NCBI GenBank assembly: GCA_964653475.1
Contig: CAZZFI010000001.1
Location: 1-41,153, forward strand
Length of the DNA: 41,153 nucleotides
Direction: 5' to 3'
Origin: an uncultured Candidatus Saccharibacteria bacterium
GTDB lineage: Bacteria; Patescibacteriota; Dojkabacteria; B142; OLB20
The notes beneath the pieces were generated by a model. That model had not been told where the DNA came from, ran no database searches, and saw nothing but the letters and a program-made list of their open reading frames with translations. Position 1 is the stretch's first letter. Each line of letters begins with the position of its first letter. Shown one piece after another: positions 16,904 through 25,114 of the stretch. A program made the translations under genes and the position numbers.

Positions 16904-17020
16904 TCTTTGATTAGGCGGTTCCACCCATGATTTCGCTTTGTGGAGTATTTAATTTTGGCAATTTCGACGGTTTCTGTCCGCTTCAGTTACCGATTCTCAG
17001 TAAACTCGGTTTTCTGTTAT
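16856..17020 (-). promoter_or_regulatory. T-box riboswitch leader (tRNA-sensing antiterminator/terminator) of the PIG-L-cysS operon
   Basis: On the minus strand, an extended -10 TGCTATAAT (TATAAT at 17031-17026) precedes the leader. The T-box sequence is AATCATGGGTGGAACCGCC (consensus GGGUGGNACCGCG). Antiterminator: A1 CAUGGG (16929-16924) with CCUGUG (16900-16895), 7-nt bulge UGGAACC (16923-16917), A2 GCC/GGC. It competes with the terminator GGCCCTGTGTTTGTC-ATTTA-GACAAGAACAGGGTC followed by TTTTTATTTTT. AAGGTG then precedes the ATG. Confidence 0.85.
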
Positions 17021-17038
17021 TTCTGATTATAGCAAATT

Positions 17039-17713
17039 TCAGTCTCTCGCAAAAACAAGTCCGTAAACTTTCTCAACATTGTTATCTTTCAATACTTTCG
17101 CACACTCTTCTAGCGTTGTTCCAGTTGTCATAACATCATCAACAAGCAAGACGTTTTTGTAGTTAATTTTATTTTTTAGACAAAAGACCTTTTTCAAGTT
17201 TTCTTGTCGCTCTTTTTTGTTTAACTTCACTTGGGTTTTCGTGTTTTTAGTTCTTCTGATACAACCATCTAACTTGATCTCGAGAGATTTTGCGATAAGT
17301 TCAGCTTGGTTAAATCCGCGAAAATTTTCTTTGAATTTATGTAGTGGAATCGGGATTGCAACCTCGCATGTTAAGCATGATTTTTCATATGTATTCTTTA
17401 TTATCTTCCCGATTTCCCCAGCAACTGCGAAATAAAGGTTATATTTCAGTTCTTCTACAATAGTTGCCGAAAACCGGTTGTAGTGTACCGCAACAACTAC
17501 TCCATCCAAAAGAGTTTTGTTTTCACAAACTTTATGAACTAGACCCCTCGTCACCTCTTTTTTACATACATGGCAAAGTTGCTGTTGGTAGTGGTTGAGT
17601 TTGTTAGCTAAACAATCTTCACAAAGCAGAGAGCCTTGCGTATCACAGACAACACACATCCTTGGAAAAAACAAATCACCCAGCCTAGTTAACATAGCGG
17701 AAACACCTAACAA
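17039..17713 (-). CDS. comF: ComF family protein (ComFC-type phosphoribosyltransferase)
   Basis: N-terminal CxxC...CxxC zinc motifs (CVVCD, CEDC, CHVC) and the PRT motif VLLVDDVMTTGTTLEE. Confidence 0.85.
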   Translation of the reverse strand: MLGVSAMLTRLGDLFFPRMCVVCDTQGSLLCEDCLANKLNHYQQQLCHVCKKEVTRGLVHKVCENKTLLDGVVVAVHYNRFSATIVEELKYNLYFAVAGEIGKIIKNTYEKSCLTCEVAIPIPLHKFKENFRGFNQAELIAKSLEIKLDGCIRRTKNTKTQVKLNKKERQENLKKVFCLKNKINYKNVLLVDDVMTTGTTLEECAKVLKDNNVEKVYGLVFARD

Positions 17714-17892
17714 TTAACCAACAACTACCGTTGAATTTATTTATACAATGAACTTCTGAATTTTTGGTGAAATTATCCACATTTAAACAATTTCGTAAAT
17801 AACGATTATTTTGAAAAACTTTGAATAGCCACACTCTCTATTTACACTACTTACTCTAGAGGTTATTATTTATTACTTGATATCTACAAAAC

Positions 17893-18729
17893 ATGTACAT
17901 CGCAATTGACGTCGGTGGTACAAAAACTGCATTCGCTAAACTCGATAAGCTGGATCACCCTACAATCGGTGCCAAAGAGATAATCTCTACTCCGCAGAGC
18001 TACGACGAAGCTTTGGAGAAAATCTACTCACTTATTGATAAATTCGGCAAATGGCAAAAGCTGGAAGGTGTTTCAATTGCTGTCCCAGGAAGTGTAAGAA
18101 ATCAAAAAATCGAAATGCTTACTAATTTGCAAGATTGGAACAGAAAGCCACTGGTCGAAGATATCTCAAAAAAATACAACACGAAAGTAATAATTAAAAA
18201 TGATGCTGTGGCGACTGCAAGGGCTGAAAGATATTTCGGGAAAGCGAAAGGTTTAGATCGTTATCTTTACGGGATTATCGGAACGGGTTTTGGTGCAACA
18301 TATGTCCATAAAGTTGGTGATAAATTTTTAGAACTACCACTTGAGCCTGAGTACATGATAGTAAACTCGAAAGGAACTCACAGGAACCATTTCCACACAC
18401 CTGGTTTGCTTGGTGCATATGCTACGGGGGCTGTTATCCAAGAAAAAACAGGGATTCATTCTTTGGCGAGTTTAACAAACGAAGACCCTATCTGGGATGA
18501 GATGGCACACTATCTTGGAATCGGATTAAATAATCTTGTTACTTTATTCAAACCCCCCGTAATCATTTTCTCAGGTGGTATAATCATACACAGAAAGTTT
18601 TTGTTAGAAAAACTTCGCATGGAATTAGCAAAGTACATAGAGTATCTGCCTCAACCGGAGTTGGTGGTTACAGATTTCGGCGACGATGCCAGCCTCTATG
18701 GAGCAATTTCCCTGCTTTACGAATTGTAA
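17893..18729 (+). CDS. ROK/glucokinase-like sugar kinase
   Basis: MYIAIDVGGTKTAFA phosphate-1 motif, NDAVATARAE, IIGTGFGATYV. The Cys-rich ROK zinc motif is absent. Confidence 0.7.
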   Translation: MYIAIDVGGTKTAFAKLDKLDHPTIGAKEIISTPQSYDEALEKIYSLIDKFGKWQKLEGVSIAVPGSVRNQKIEMLTNLQDWNRKPLVEDISKKYNTKVIIKNDAVATARAERYFGKAKGLDRYLYGIIGTGFGATYVHKVGDKFLELPLEPEYMIVNSKGTHRNHFHTPGLLGAYATGAVIQEKTGIHSLASLTNEDPIWDEMAHYLGIGLNNLVTLFKPPVIIFSGGIIIHRKFLLEKLRMELAKYIEYLPQPELVVTDFGDDASLYGAISLLYEL

Positions 18730-18738
18730 ATTAACATA

Positions 18739-21700
18739 ATGCTTCCAAAAGGACCTTATCAACCACAATTGACTGAAGGCGAAGTTCTCAAATTTTGGCT
18801 TGAGAATAAATTCTATGCGCCAGAGTACAAAAGTGACAAAAAGCTATCCACAGCTAGTCGAGAAGATAGAGAAAATTTCACAATAATCCTTCCACCACCA
18901 AACGCAAACGGAAACCTCCACCTTGGACATATGTCTGGCTACGCTTATCAAGATTTGATGGGACGATTTGAACGTATGCGTGGAAAGAAAGTACTTCTGC
19001 TACCCGGAAAAGATCACGCCGGAATACAAACGGAAGTTGTGTTCGAACGTGAACTTGAAAAGCAAGGGAAATCCAAAAAAGATATAGGTCGCGAGGAGTT
19101 TTACCGTCAGTGTTATGAGTTTTGTATGAAGCAGGCAGAGAACGCCAGGAGCCAGGAGCAGAAAATCGGACTTAGTGCAGACTTTGATCGTGAGTTGTTT
19201 ACGCTTGATCCGAAGATTGTTTCGGAAGTGATGAAGGCTTTTAAATTGATGTACGAAGATGGTCTCATCTACCGGGACAAAAGGATTATCAACTGGTGCC
19301 CACGGTGTCAGTCTGCTCTGGCTGATATTGATACTGAGTTTAAAGATACTGAGTTTAAAGATAAGAAGAGTCAGAGTCCGTTTTACTATTTTAAATACGG
19401 CTTTTTGGAACCTGACGAACTAGCAGTTAAATATAAAAATAAATATAGAAATAAATTGATATCTGTAGAAATCGAAACTCAATTGGAAGGAGAACCAGGG
19501 AAAAGTCACCATGAATTAGAAGAGTTAGATAGAACTCTGAGTGAGAATAAGGATCTATTCAACTACACTTCCGATTCTCCATATTTCTACCGTGGATTTG
19601 TACCATCGACAATTAACCCAGAGACCAGAACTGAGCTCGATGTATTAGTTATTGGTTATGAAGGATTACGACACGAAGATATTGTTGAAACAAAGGTTAT
19701 TGGTATTATTATGGATTTAAGCCATAGATATAAATTGTTTTGCATGAATCCGGACAGGGAATTATCAGAAGAGGATATAGGGAATTTTAAAAAATTTGTC
19801 TCTACAAAAACATCAGCTGGAGCACATTTAATTCTGTTTGATGAATACCCTGAAGACAAGTTCTACACCAATGGTTTCGTAATCGGCACAGTACGTCCTG
19901 AAACGAAATTCGGTGATACCGCATTGGCAGTCAATCCCGATGACGAAAGGTACAAAGATTATGTCGGTAAAGAGTTTGAGGTTATGACTCTAAACGGTCC
20001 TGCCAAGATAAAAGTGATTGCAGATAAAGCTGTACAAAAAGCAGAAGGAACAGGAATGCTGAAAGTGACACCAGCACATGCCATGGAGGACTGGGAGATT
20101 GCTCAAAGACACAAAGCAGACGCAATGCCTGAAAAGCAAGTGATTAACTTTGACGGCAAGCTAAACCACTTAACCGGCAAGTACGAAGGCATGACAGTTC
20201 AAGAAGCACGAAAAGCTATGATTTCAGACATGAGAGAAAACGGAATGCTAGTTTATCTCGACGAAAGTTATAAAAACCGAATCCGCATCTGCGAACGCTG
20301 CAAACATCCTATCGAGCCCTTGATCTCGTATCAGTGGTTTGTCGATACAAAACCTTTGAAAGCCGAAGCTAAGCGACTAGTAGAGAAAGGATTCACTGAA
20401 ATAATGCCGGAAGGCAAAAAGAAAACATATATGCAGTGGATGAATACCCCTGAAGACTGGTGCATCACAAGACAACTCTGGTGGGGCTATCGCCTACCCG
20501 TCTGGTATAAAGGCAAGCGTGAGCAATACATAACAGAAACCGGAGAAGTGAGAGAAAAAATTAACGACAAAATTATCGAGAAACCTGAAGATTATGAGGG
20601 GTTACTCAAAGTGGATGCAGAAAACCCTAATTCGGGTCCAACTATAGAACTTACAGTAATCCGCCACGCACAAAGCGAACACAATCTTGCAGGTGTATTT
20701 GCCGGCTCAACAGAGTCAGATTTAACACAAGAGGGACAAGCTAAAGCTGAAGAATTAGGCAAACAAATCAAAAATAACTTCGACGTAATTATTGCTTCTC
20801 CGATAAATAGAACCAAACAAACAGCGGAGTTATTAAATAGAAGTTTGAATTTGCCATTTGAAACAAATGACCTCCTTGTAGAGCGTTTCTATGGAAATCT
20901 TGAGGGTTTGACCTGGGATGAGTTTGAAAGAGAACATCCAGAAGAGGCATCCAAGAATTCAAAAAGCTTCCAGCCGAATTTAGAAAAAGGTGAATCAATA
21001 GAAGAAGTTGAAGCTAGAGTGGACAAGTTTATCGATTGGTTAAGAAAATCTGGTTATAAGAATCCTTTGGTTGTAACACATGCTGGGATTATGCGCATAA
21101 TCGAGAGGAAGTTAAACAACACTTCCCTTGATGAATCACGACAGATCCCATTCGAGAATCTCGAAATCCATAAATACACTATTCACGATAATGAGTGGCA
21201 ACAAGACGAAGACGTTTTAGATACTTGGTTCTCATCTGGACAGTGGCCTTTTGTCACTTTGATGGCTCACGAAGATGATTACGAAAATTTCTACCCTACT
21301 CAAGTCATGGAAACTGGTTGGGATATTTTGCTTTTCTGGGTAACTCGTATGATGCTTCTGAACCCTTATCGTTCAAAGAAGATAAATCCCGAAAGTTCAG
21401 AAAATAAGATCGTTCCTTTCAAGAATGTATATCTACACGGACTTGTTTTGGACAAGAATGGAATCAAGATGAGCAAGTCAAAAGGAAATGGGATCGATCC
21501 TTTTGAGATGATGCAAAAATACGGAACTGATGCTTTGAGATTTAGTTTTGTAAAAAGTAATTCAGTAGGACAAAACTACCGACTTTACGAGGAGAAGATT
21601 GCTTCCAACAGAAACTTCTGCAACAAAATCTGGAACGCCTCCAAATTTGTTTTGTTCAACATTGAAGACAACAAGGACAAACTTTCGAGTCTCAAGTTAG

Positions 21701-22095
21701 AAGATGTAAACTTGCAAAAAGACGATAAAGAATTTCTACAGCAAATAGAAGAATTAGTAAGCGAAACCACTAGAAGACTTACAGAATTTCAATTTGGAGT
21801 GGCAGCAGATGAGCTATACGATTCTTTCTGGCATAAATTTGCAGATGTTTATATCGAAAAGATAAAAACACGTCTTTACACAAAAGACCGCGATGGCAAT
21901 CCTATAAATGCCTCACCAGAAGAACAAGAAAGTAGACTAACTGCACAGTGGGTACTACTCTATTCACTCCAAACCTATTTGAAATTGCTACATCCATTTA
22001 TGCCGTTTATAACTGAGTCTATATGGCAAAGTCTTCCAAAGCAGGATGATGAATCGGAGACCATAATGTATTCTCAGTGGCCTGAAATAAGTTGA
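18739..22095 (+). CDS. valS: Valine--tRNA ligase with two large insertions, one of them a histidine-phosphatase domain
   Basis: PPPNANGNLHLGHM (HIGH), TVRPETKFGDTALAVNP and GTGMLKVTPAH (CP1 editing domain), QWFV, ITRQLWWGYRLPVWY, DVLDTWFSSGQWPF, KMSKSKGN. 1118 aa. Confidence 0.95.
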   Translation: MLPKGPYQPQLTEGEVLKFWLENKFYAPEYKSDKKLSTASREDRENFTIILPPPNANGNLHLGHMSGYAYQDLMGRFERMRGKKVLLLPGKDHAGIQTEVVFERELEKQGKSKKDIGREEFYRQCYEFCMKQAENARSQEQKIGLSADFDRELFTLDPKIVSEVMKAFKLMYEDGLIYRDKRIINWCPRCQSALADIDTEFKDTEFKDKKSQSPFYYFKYGFLEPDELAVKYKNKYRNKLISVEIETQLEGEPGKSHHELEELDRTLSENKDLFNYTSDSPYFYRGFVPSTINPETRTELDVLVIGYEGLRHEDIVETKVIGIIMDLSHRYKLFCMNPDRELSEEDIGNFKKFVSTKTSAGAHLILFDEYPEDKFYTNGFVIGTVRPETKFGDTALAVNPDDERYKDYVGKEFEVMTLNGPAKIKVIADKAVQKAEGTGMLKVTPAHAMEDWEIAQRHKADAMPEKQVINFDGKLNHLTGKYEGMTVQEARKAMISDMRENGMLVYLDESYKNRIRICERCKHPIEPLISYQWFVDTKPLKAEAKRLVEKGFTEIMPEGKKKTYMQWMNTPEDWCITRQLWWGYRLPVWYKGKREQYITETGEVREKINDKIIEKPEDYEGLLKVDAENPNSGPTIELTVIRHAQSEHNLAGVFAGSTESDLTQEGQAKAEELGKQIKNNFDVIIASPINRTKQTAELLNRSLNLPFETNDLLVERFYGNLEGLTWDEFEREHPEEASKNSKSFQPNLEKGESIEEVEARVDKFIDWLRKSGYKNPLVVTHAGIMRIIERKLNNTSLDESRQIPFENLEIHKYTIHDNEWQQDEDVLDTWFSSGQWPFVTLMAHEDDYENFYPTQVMETGWDILLFWVTRMMLLNPYRSKKINPESSENKIVPFKNVYLHGLVLDKNGIKMSKSKGNGIDPFEMMQKYGTDALRFSFVKSNSVGQNYRLYEEKIASNRNFCNKIWNASKFVLFNIEDNKDKLSSLKLEDVNLQKDDKEFLQQIEELVSETTRRLTEFQFGVAADELYDSFWHKFADVYIEKIKTRLYTKDRDGNPINASPEEQESRLTAQWVLLYSLQTYLKLLHPFMPFITESIWQSLPKQDDESETIMYSQWPEIS
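19330..19362 (+). repeat. Perfect 15-bp tandem duplication (2.2 copies) inside valS
   Basis: GATACTGAGTTTAAA GATACTGAGTTTAAA GAT encodes DTEFK-DTEFK-D. Confidence 0.95.
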
Positions 22096-22161
22096 CTGTT
22101 CAACAGCTTATTTGACCTTCTCTGCAATCCCAAACTTAATTTATGTAACATAATGTCAAAA

Positions 22162-22184
22162 AGAGGACTTACGTCCTCTTTATT
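22162..22184. terminator. Bidirectional intrinsic terminator between the convergent valS and surface-protein genes
   Basis: AAAA-AGAGGAC-TTAC-GTCCTCT-TTATT: a 7-bp GC-containing stem flanked by an A-run and a T-run. Confidence 0.7.
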
Positions 22185-22202
22185 CAATAGTATTACAATG
22201 AC

Positions 22203-23264
22203 CTAAGGTAGTATAACCGTAGTCGGTTTTGGGGTTGGCGTCCAAGTAGTGCTATAAATCGTTGGGGATACCGTGACGCTCGGTTTAGGAGTGTTAATTA
22301 CAGGTGTTGGAGTCGTAGAGATCCGTGGTGTAGGTAATGTTGTGTGAGTGGGAACAGCCTTAGACTCATTGATCTTTACATTCATAATCTTTTTCGATTT
22401 TACTGCAATCTTGTTTTTTTCCTGACACTTCTCGCAAGAAAATACTGTAACAGTTAAGCTCACTCTACATAATCCTTTGTTGTTTGCGGTGAAATATGCA
22501 GTACCTTCTTTGTAACTATTTGAATGGGTAGCATAAATAATTCTACAAGCAGGGGTCAATGCTTCCCAGGTCCACTTTAGACTGACATCTTCAGTATTCG
22601 TTAAGGGTAGATTTGCGATCTCGCTCTCAGCAAACCTTTTAGTTATCTCAAATCGCGAAGTATATATACTTGTTTTTTTTGGAAAAATGACATTGTTCAT
22701 CTTGTAATTCCTAACCCTTCTATACGGACTAATAACAGTTGAAATACTACCCTCGTCCTTACCTCCATTCATAACTGACATAGTTACCCCACAGTCTTTG
22801 GTTTTAATTACAACTGGAAAAGATATATACCAGCCCTCCCCTTCAACATCTTGCCCACAAATTGTTCCTTTCCATCTTATGGAGGAATTCTGGTTAGGAG
22901 TAGGTGTTAGTTGATAACCCCCATAGGTGGTCGGAGTTGGTTGAACACTTTTAGGACTCGGGGTACTTGTAGGTTGAGGAAGGCTAGCGGCATAAGAGAA
23001 ATCCAATGTAAATGATTCACCTTTGGCAACATATCTTGGATGACGTAAGTATATCCTTCCATTTTGCAGGGTCTTCATTTCAAAGATTGTGATAGGAGCA
23101 GCTTGATCATTTGTTGATGACACGTCAATATCTTCTTCAACTGCTGCACTGGCATCCTCAGTATCGAGATCTCTATTTACAAGTAGCATCCCGCCTATTG
23201 ATATTAATACGGTTACTATTATTACGAACGTTAACAAAAGAAATAATTTCTTCTTTCTATCCAT
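22203..23264 (-). CDS. Membrane-anchored extracellular protein with Pro/Thr-rich linkers
   Basis: N-terminal TM helix. Two globular segments separated by PQPTSTPSPKSVQPTPTT, with a PT-rich C-terminus. No known domain recognised. Confidence 0.6.
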   Translation of the reverse strand: MDRKKKLFLLLTFVIIVTVLISIGGMLLVNRDLDTEDASAAVEEDIDVSSTNDQAAPITIFEMKTLQNGRIYLRHPRYVAKGESFTLDFSYAASLPQPTSTPSPKSVQPTPTTYGGYQLTPTPNQNSSIRWKGTICGQDVEGEGWYISFPVVIKTKDCGVTMSVMNGGKDEGSISTVISPYRRVRNYKMNNVIFPKKTSIYTSRFEITKRFAESEIANLPLTNTEDVSLKWTWEALTPACRIIYATHSNSYKEGTAYFTANNKGLCRVSLTVTVFSCEKCQEKNKIAVKSKKIMNVKINESKAVPTHTTLPTPRISTTPTPVINTPKPSVTVSPTIYSTTWTPTPKPTTVILP

Positions 23265-23417
23265 TGATGGAAAAATTGAAAATAAAAATATTTATTTCAA
23301 GTATAGCAACTTCCATTATAATCACAACTAGAAAACTTGCATGGTACTAAAGTCTTTCCGGAATAATCTTCCTGACTCTTAAGTATTTATGTAACAACCA
23401 TATGGTTTCTCTAATTT

Positions 23418-23455
23418 CCCAACAAACAGCCCCGCGCTCGACAAGCGAGGGCGGA
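23418..23455 (-). terminator. Possible terminator downstream of the 522-aa gene
   Basis: GC-rich hairpin CCGCGCTCG/CGAGGGCGG (8 of 9 pairs) in an AT-rich context, followed on the minus strand by a weak TGTTTGTT tract. Confidence 0.4.
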
Positions 23456-23478
23456 GCTGGATCCTGAATGACGTTGCT

Positions 23479-25047
23479 TTACTGTTCTCTTACGCAGTAC
23501 TCAACTTCAACTCTGGAGTAGTGTGACTGAGCACATTTTTTCTGATTGCTCTTTTTATTTCCACCATTCGCTTTGAGACAAGCGTTGTATGAAGCATCGG
23601 TATAATCCAAAACACTATTTACCACAAGCCTGTCATACTTAGTTTCTGGGTTCAACACCCTTACATTGTCTATAACACCATTACTTTGCTCAATTCTAAG
23701 ATCCTTTCTGCATTCTAAGAATCTTTTTCTCAAAAGCTTTTCCGCTTGTTTTAAGGACACTTTAAGAAGCGGTTTTGTTCCATCGTTATATAAAGTTGTA
23801 TTTCCTAAGTCACCACAAAAGATAGATGCCGACTTAGTTGCAGAACTTTGGTTGTCAAGAAGTTTAACTAAAACATTATGTCTTTCATTATTTTGTACAA
23901 GACGATCATTACCTGACCCCTTTTGGTCTTTTGCTCCCGTCCATCCCCAGTATGCACTAACTTTAATATCGTGTTTTTTCGCAACTTCATTAAGTTGAAT
24001 ATCAGCTAGTTTATAATTTCTCTTGGAAGCATTGTGAGCTACAAATTCCCCTGAGTAGAAAATTCTAGTTTCTTTTTGGACACATGACTTAACTGCCGTT
24101 GTAGGAGCAACACTATGTGTGGGTTTGACTGTCGGAGTAACAGTTGGTGTAACGGTAGTCGGAGCCAATATATTTGTTGGAGGAACCGTAACAACAGGAC
24201 TCGGTTCTATTGTATCGACAGGTGGAGGGGTTAATGTAGGCAACAGTGGTTGATTACAAATTTCAAGATTATCTAGTGCAGCGGACCCGCTAAAATGTAG
24301 AGTGAATGTCTGAATACCTTGAGGGTAATTTTTTGTTGGAGCATGGTCGACTAATTTATTATTAACATCTATGTTTGCACCCGAAGTCAACATAACTTTT
24401 TCAGTTTTTCCTTGGGATACTACAGTGTAGTAATTATTGTTTATCCTACCCTGTTCTGCTTCATCTCCCATATCTATAGTGTCAAATCTTATCTGCGTGA
24501 CGTTTGCATTTTGGAATGTGAGAATCAAATATCCTCCATCATGATTATCTCTATTGAAGGTTCCAGATTCTGTGTAGACAGGCCTCTCATTTCCTGTATC
24601 GCTAAGTCGGTAGTGTTTTCCTCCGTTTAGAACCAAAACTCTTCCAGAATTAGCCCTCAAATCAGGAGTATTATTATTCCTATATGGATCCAAAACCATG
24701 ACATTTAGAACCTTGTATGGATCAGGATAATCCCCATTAGGTCGGACATTTTGTCCATATGAGACACCAATAGTTGTGGCTTTGAGAGAGCCAACATTTG
24801 GGGAGGTAAGGTTTGTAATTACTTGTCCGTGGTTAAAGTTATTAAAATCCCATTTATAACAACTTGGGGCTGCATTGGCAGAAATATCGGTTATGTCAGT
24901 TGCATTTCTAAACCAAGATATATTAACTACGTCTAGATAATATGCAACAGAGGAAAATATTATCAACACAAAAACTACAAGCATAATAGCTATAACCACA
25001 AGTTGATTTCGTGGTATAGACTCTCCTTTTTTTGAGGATTTCTTCAC
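23479..25047 (-). CDS. Membrane-anchored extracellular protein: N-terminal jelly-roll/lectin-like domain, PT linker, Cys-containing C-terminal domain
   Basis: TM helix, WDFNNFNHGQVI ... DGGYLILTFQNANVTQIRFDTIDMGDEAE (a pattern seen in secreted beta-sandwich domains), and the linker LPTLTPPPVDTIEPSPVVTVPPT...TPTVTPTVKPT. Confidence 0.6.
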   Translation of the reverse strand: MKKSSKKGESIPRNQLVVIAIMLVVFVLIIFSSVAYYLDVVNISWFRNATDITDISANAAPSCYKWDFNNFNHGQVITNLTSPNVGSLKATTIGVSYGQNVRPNGDYPDPYKVLNVMVLDPYRNNNTPDLRANSGRVLVLNGGKHYRLSDTGNERPVYTESGTFNRDNHDGGYLILTFQNANVTQIRFDTIDMGDEAEQGRINNNYYTVVSQGKTEKVMLTSGANIDVNNKLVDHAPTKNYPQGIQTFTLHFSGSAALDNLEICNQPLLPTLTPPPVDTIEPSPVVTVPPTNILAPTTVTPTVTPTVKPTHSVAPTTAVKSCVQKETRIFYSGEFVAHNASKRNYKLADIQLNEVAKKHDIKVSAYWGWTGAKDQKGSGNDRLVQNNERHNVLVKLLDNQSSATKSASIFCGDLGNTTLYNDGTKPLLKVSLKQAEKLLRKRFLECRKDLRIEQSNGVIDNVRVLNPETKYDRLVVNSVLDYTDASYNACLKANGGNKKSNQKKCAQSHYSRVEVEYCVREQ

Positions 25048-25114
25048 GTTTTCTTAGATAAAAAATTAGCTATCAATATTAGAATAACCTACTATACAAA
25101 AGTATGCAAAGATT

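Noticed and set aside
16958-16960. Firm assignment of UGC as the T-box specifier codon
   Set aside because: The triplet is present in a GAA-rich context but is followed by C instead of the conserved purine. I could not build a convincing Stem I around it, so the Cys specificity rests on the UGGA bulge and gene context only.
24090-24250. Repetitive-looking DNA (ggagtaacagttggtgtaacggtagtcggagcc...) as a tandem repeat or CRISPR-like array
   Set aside because: It is the antisense of Pro/Thr/Val linker codons inside the 522-aa ORF. The periodicity is imperfect, with no spacer-repeat organisation. No CRISPR array, cas gene, reverse transcriptase (DGR) or transposase was seen anywhere in the window.
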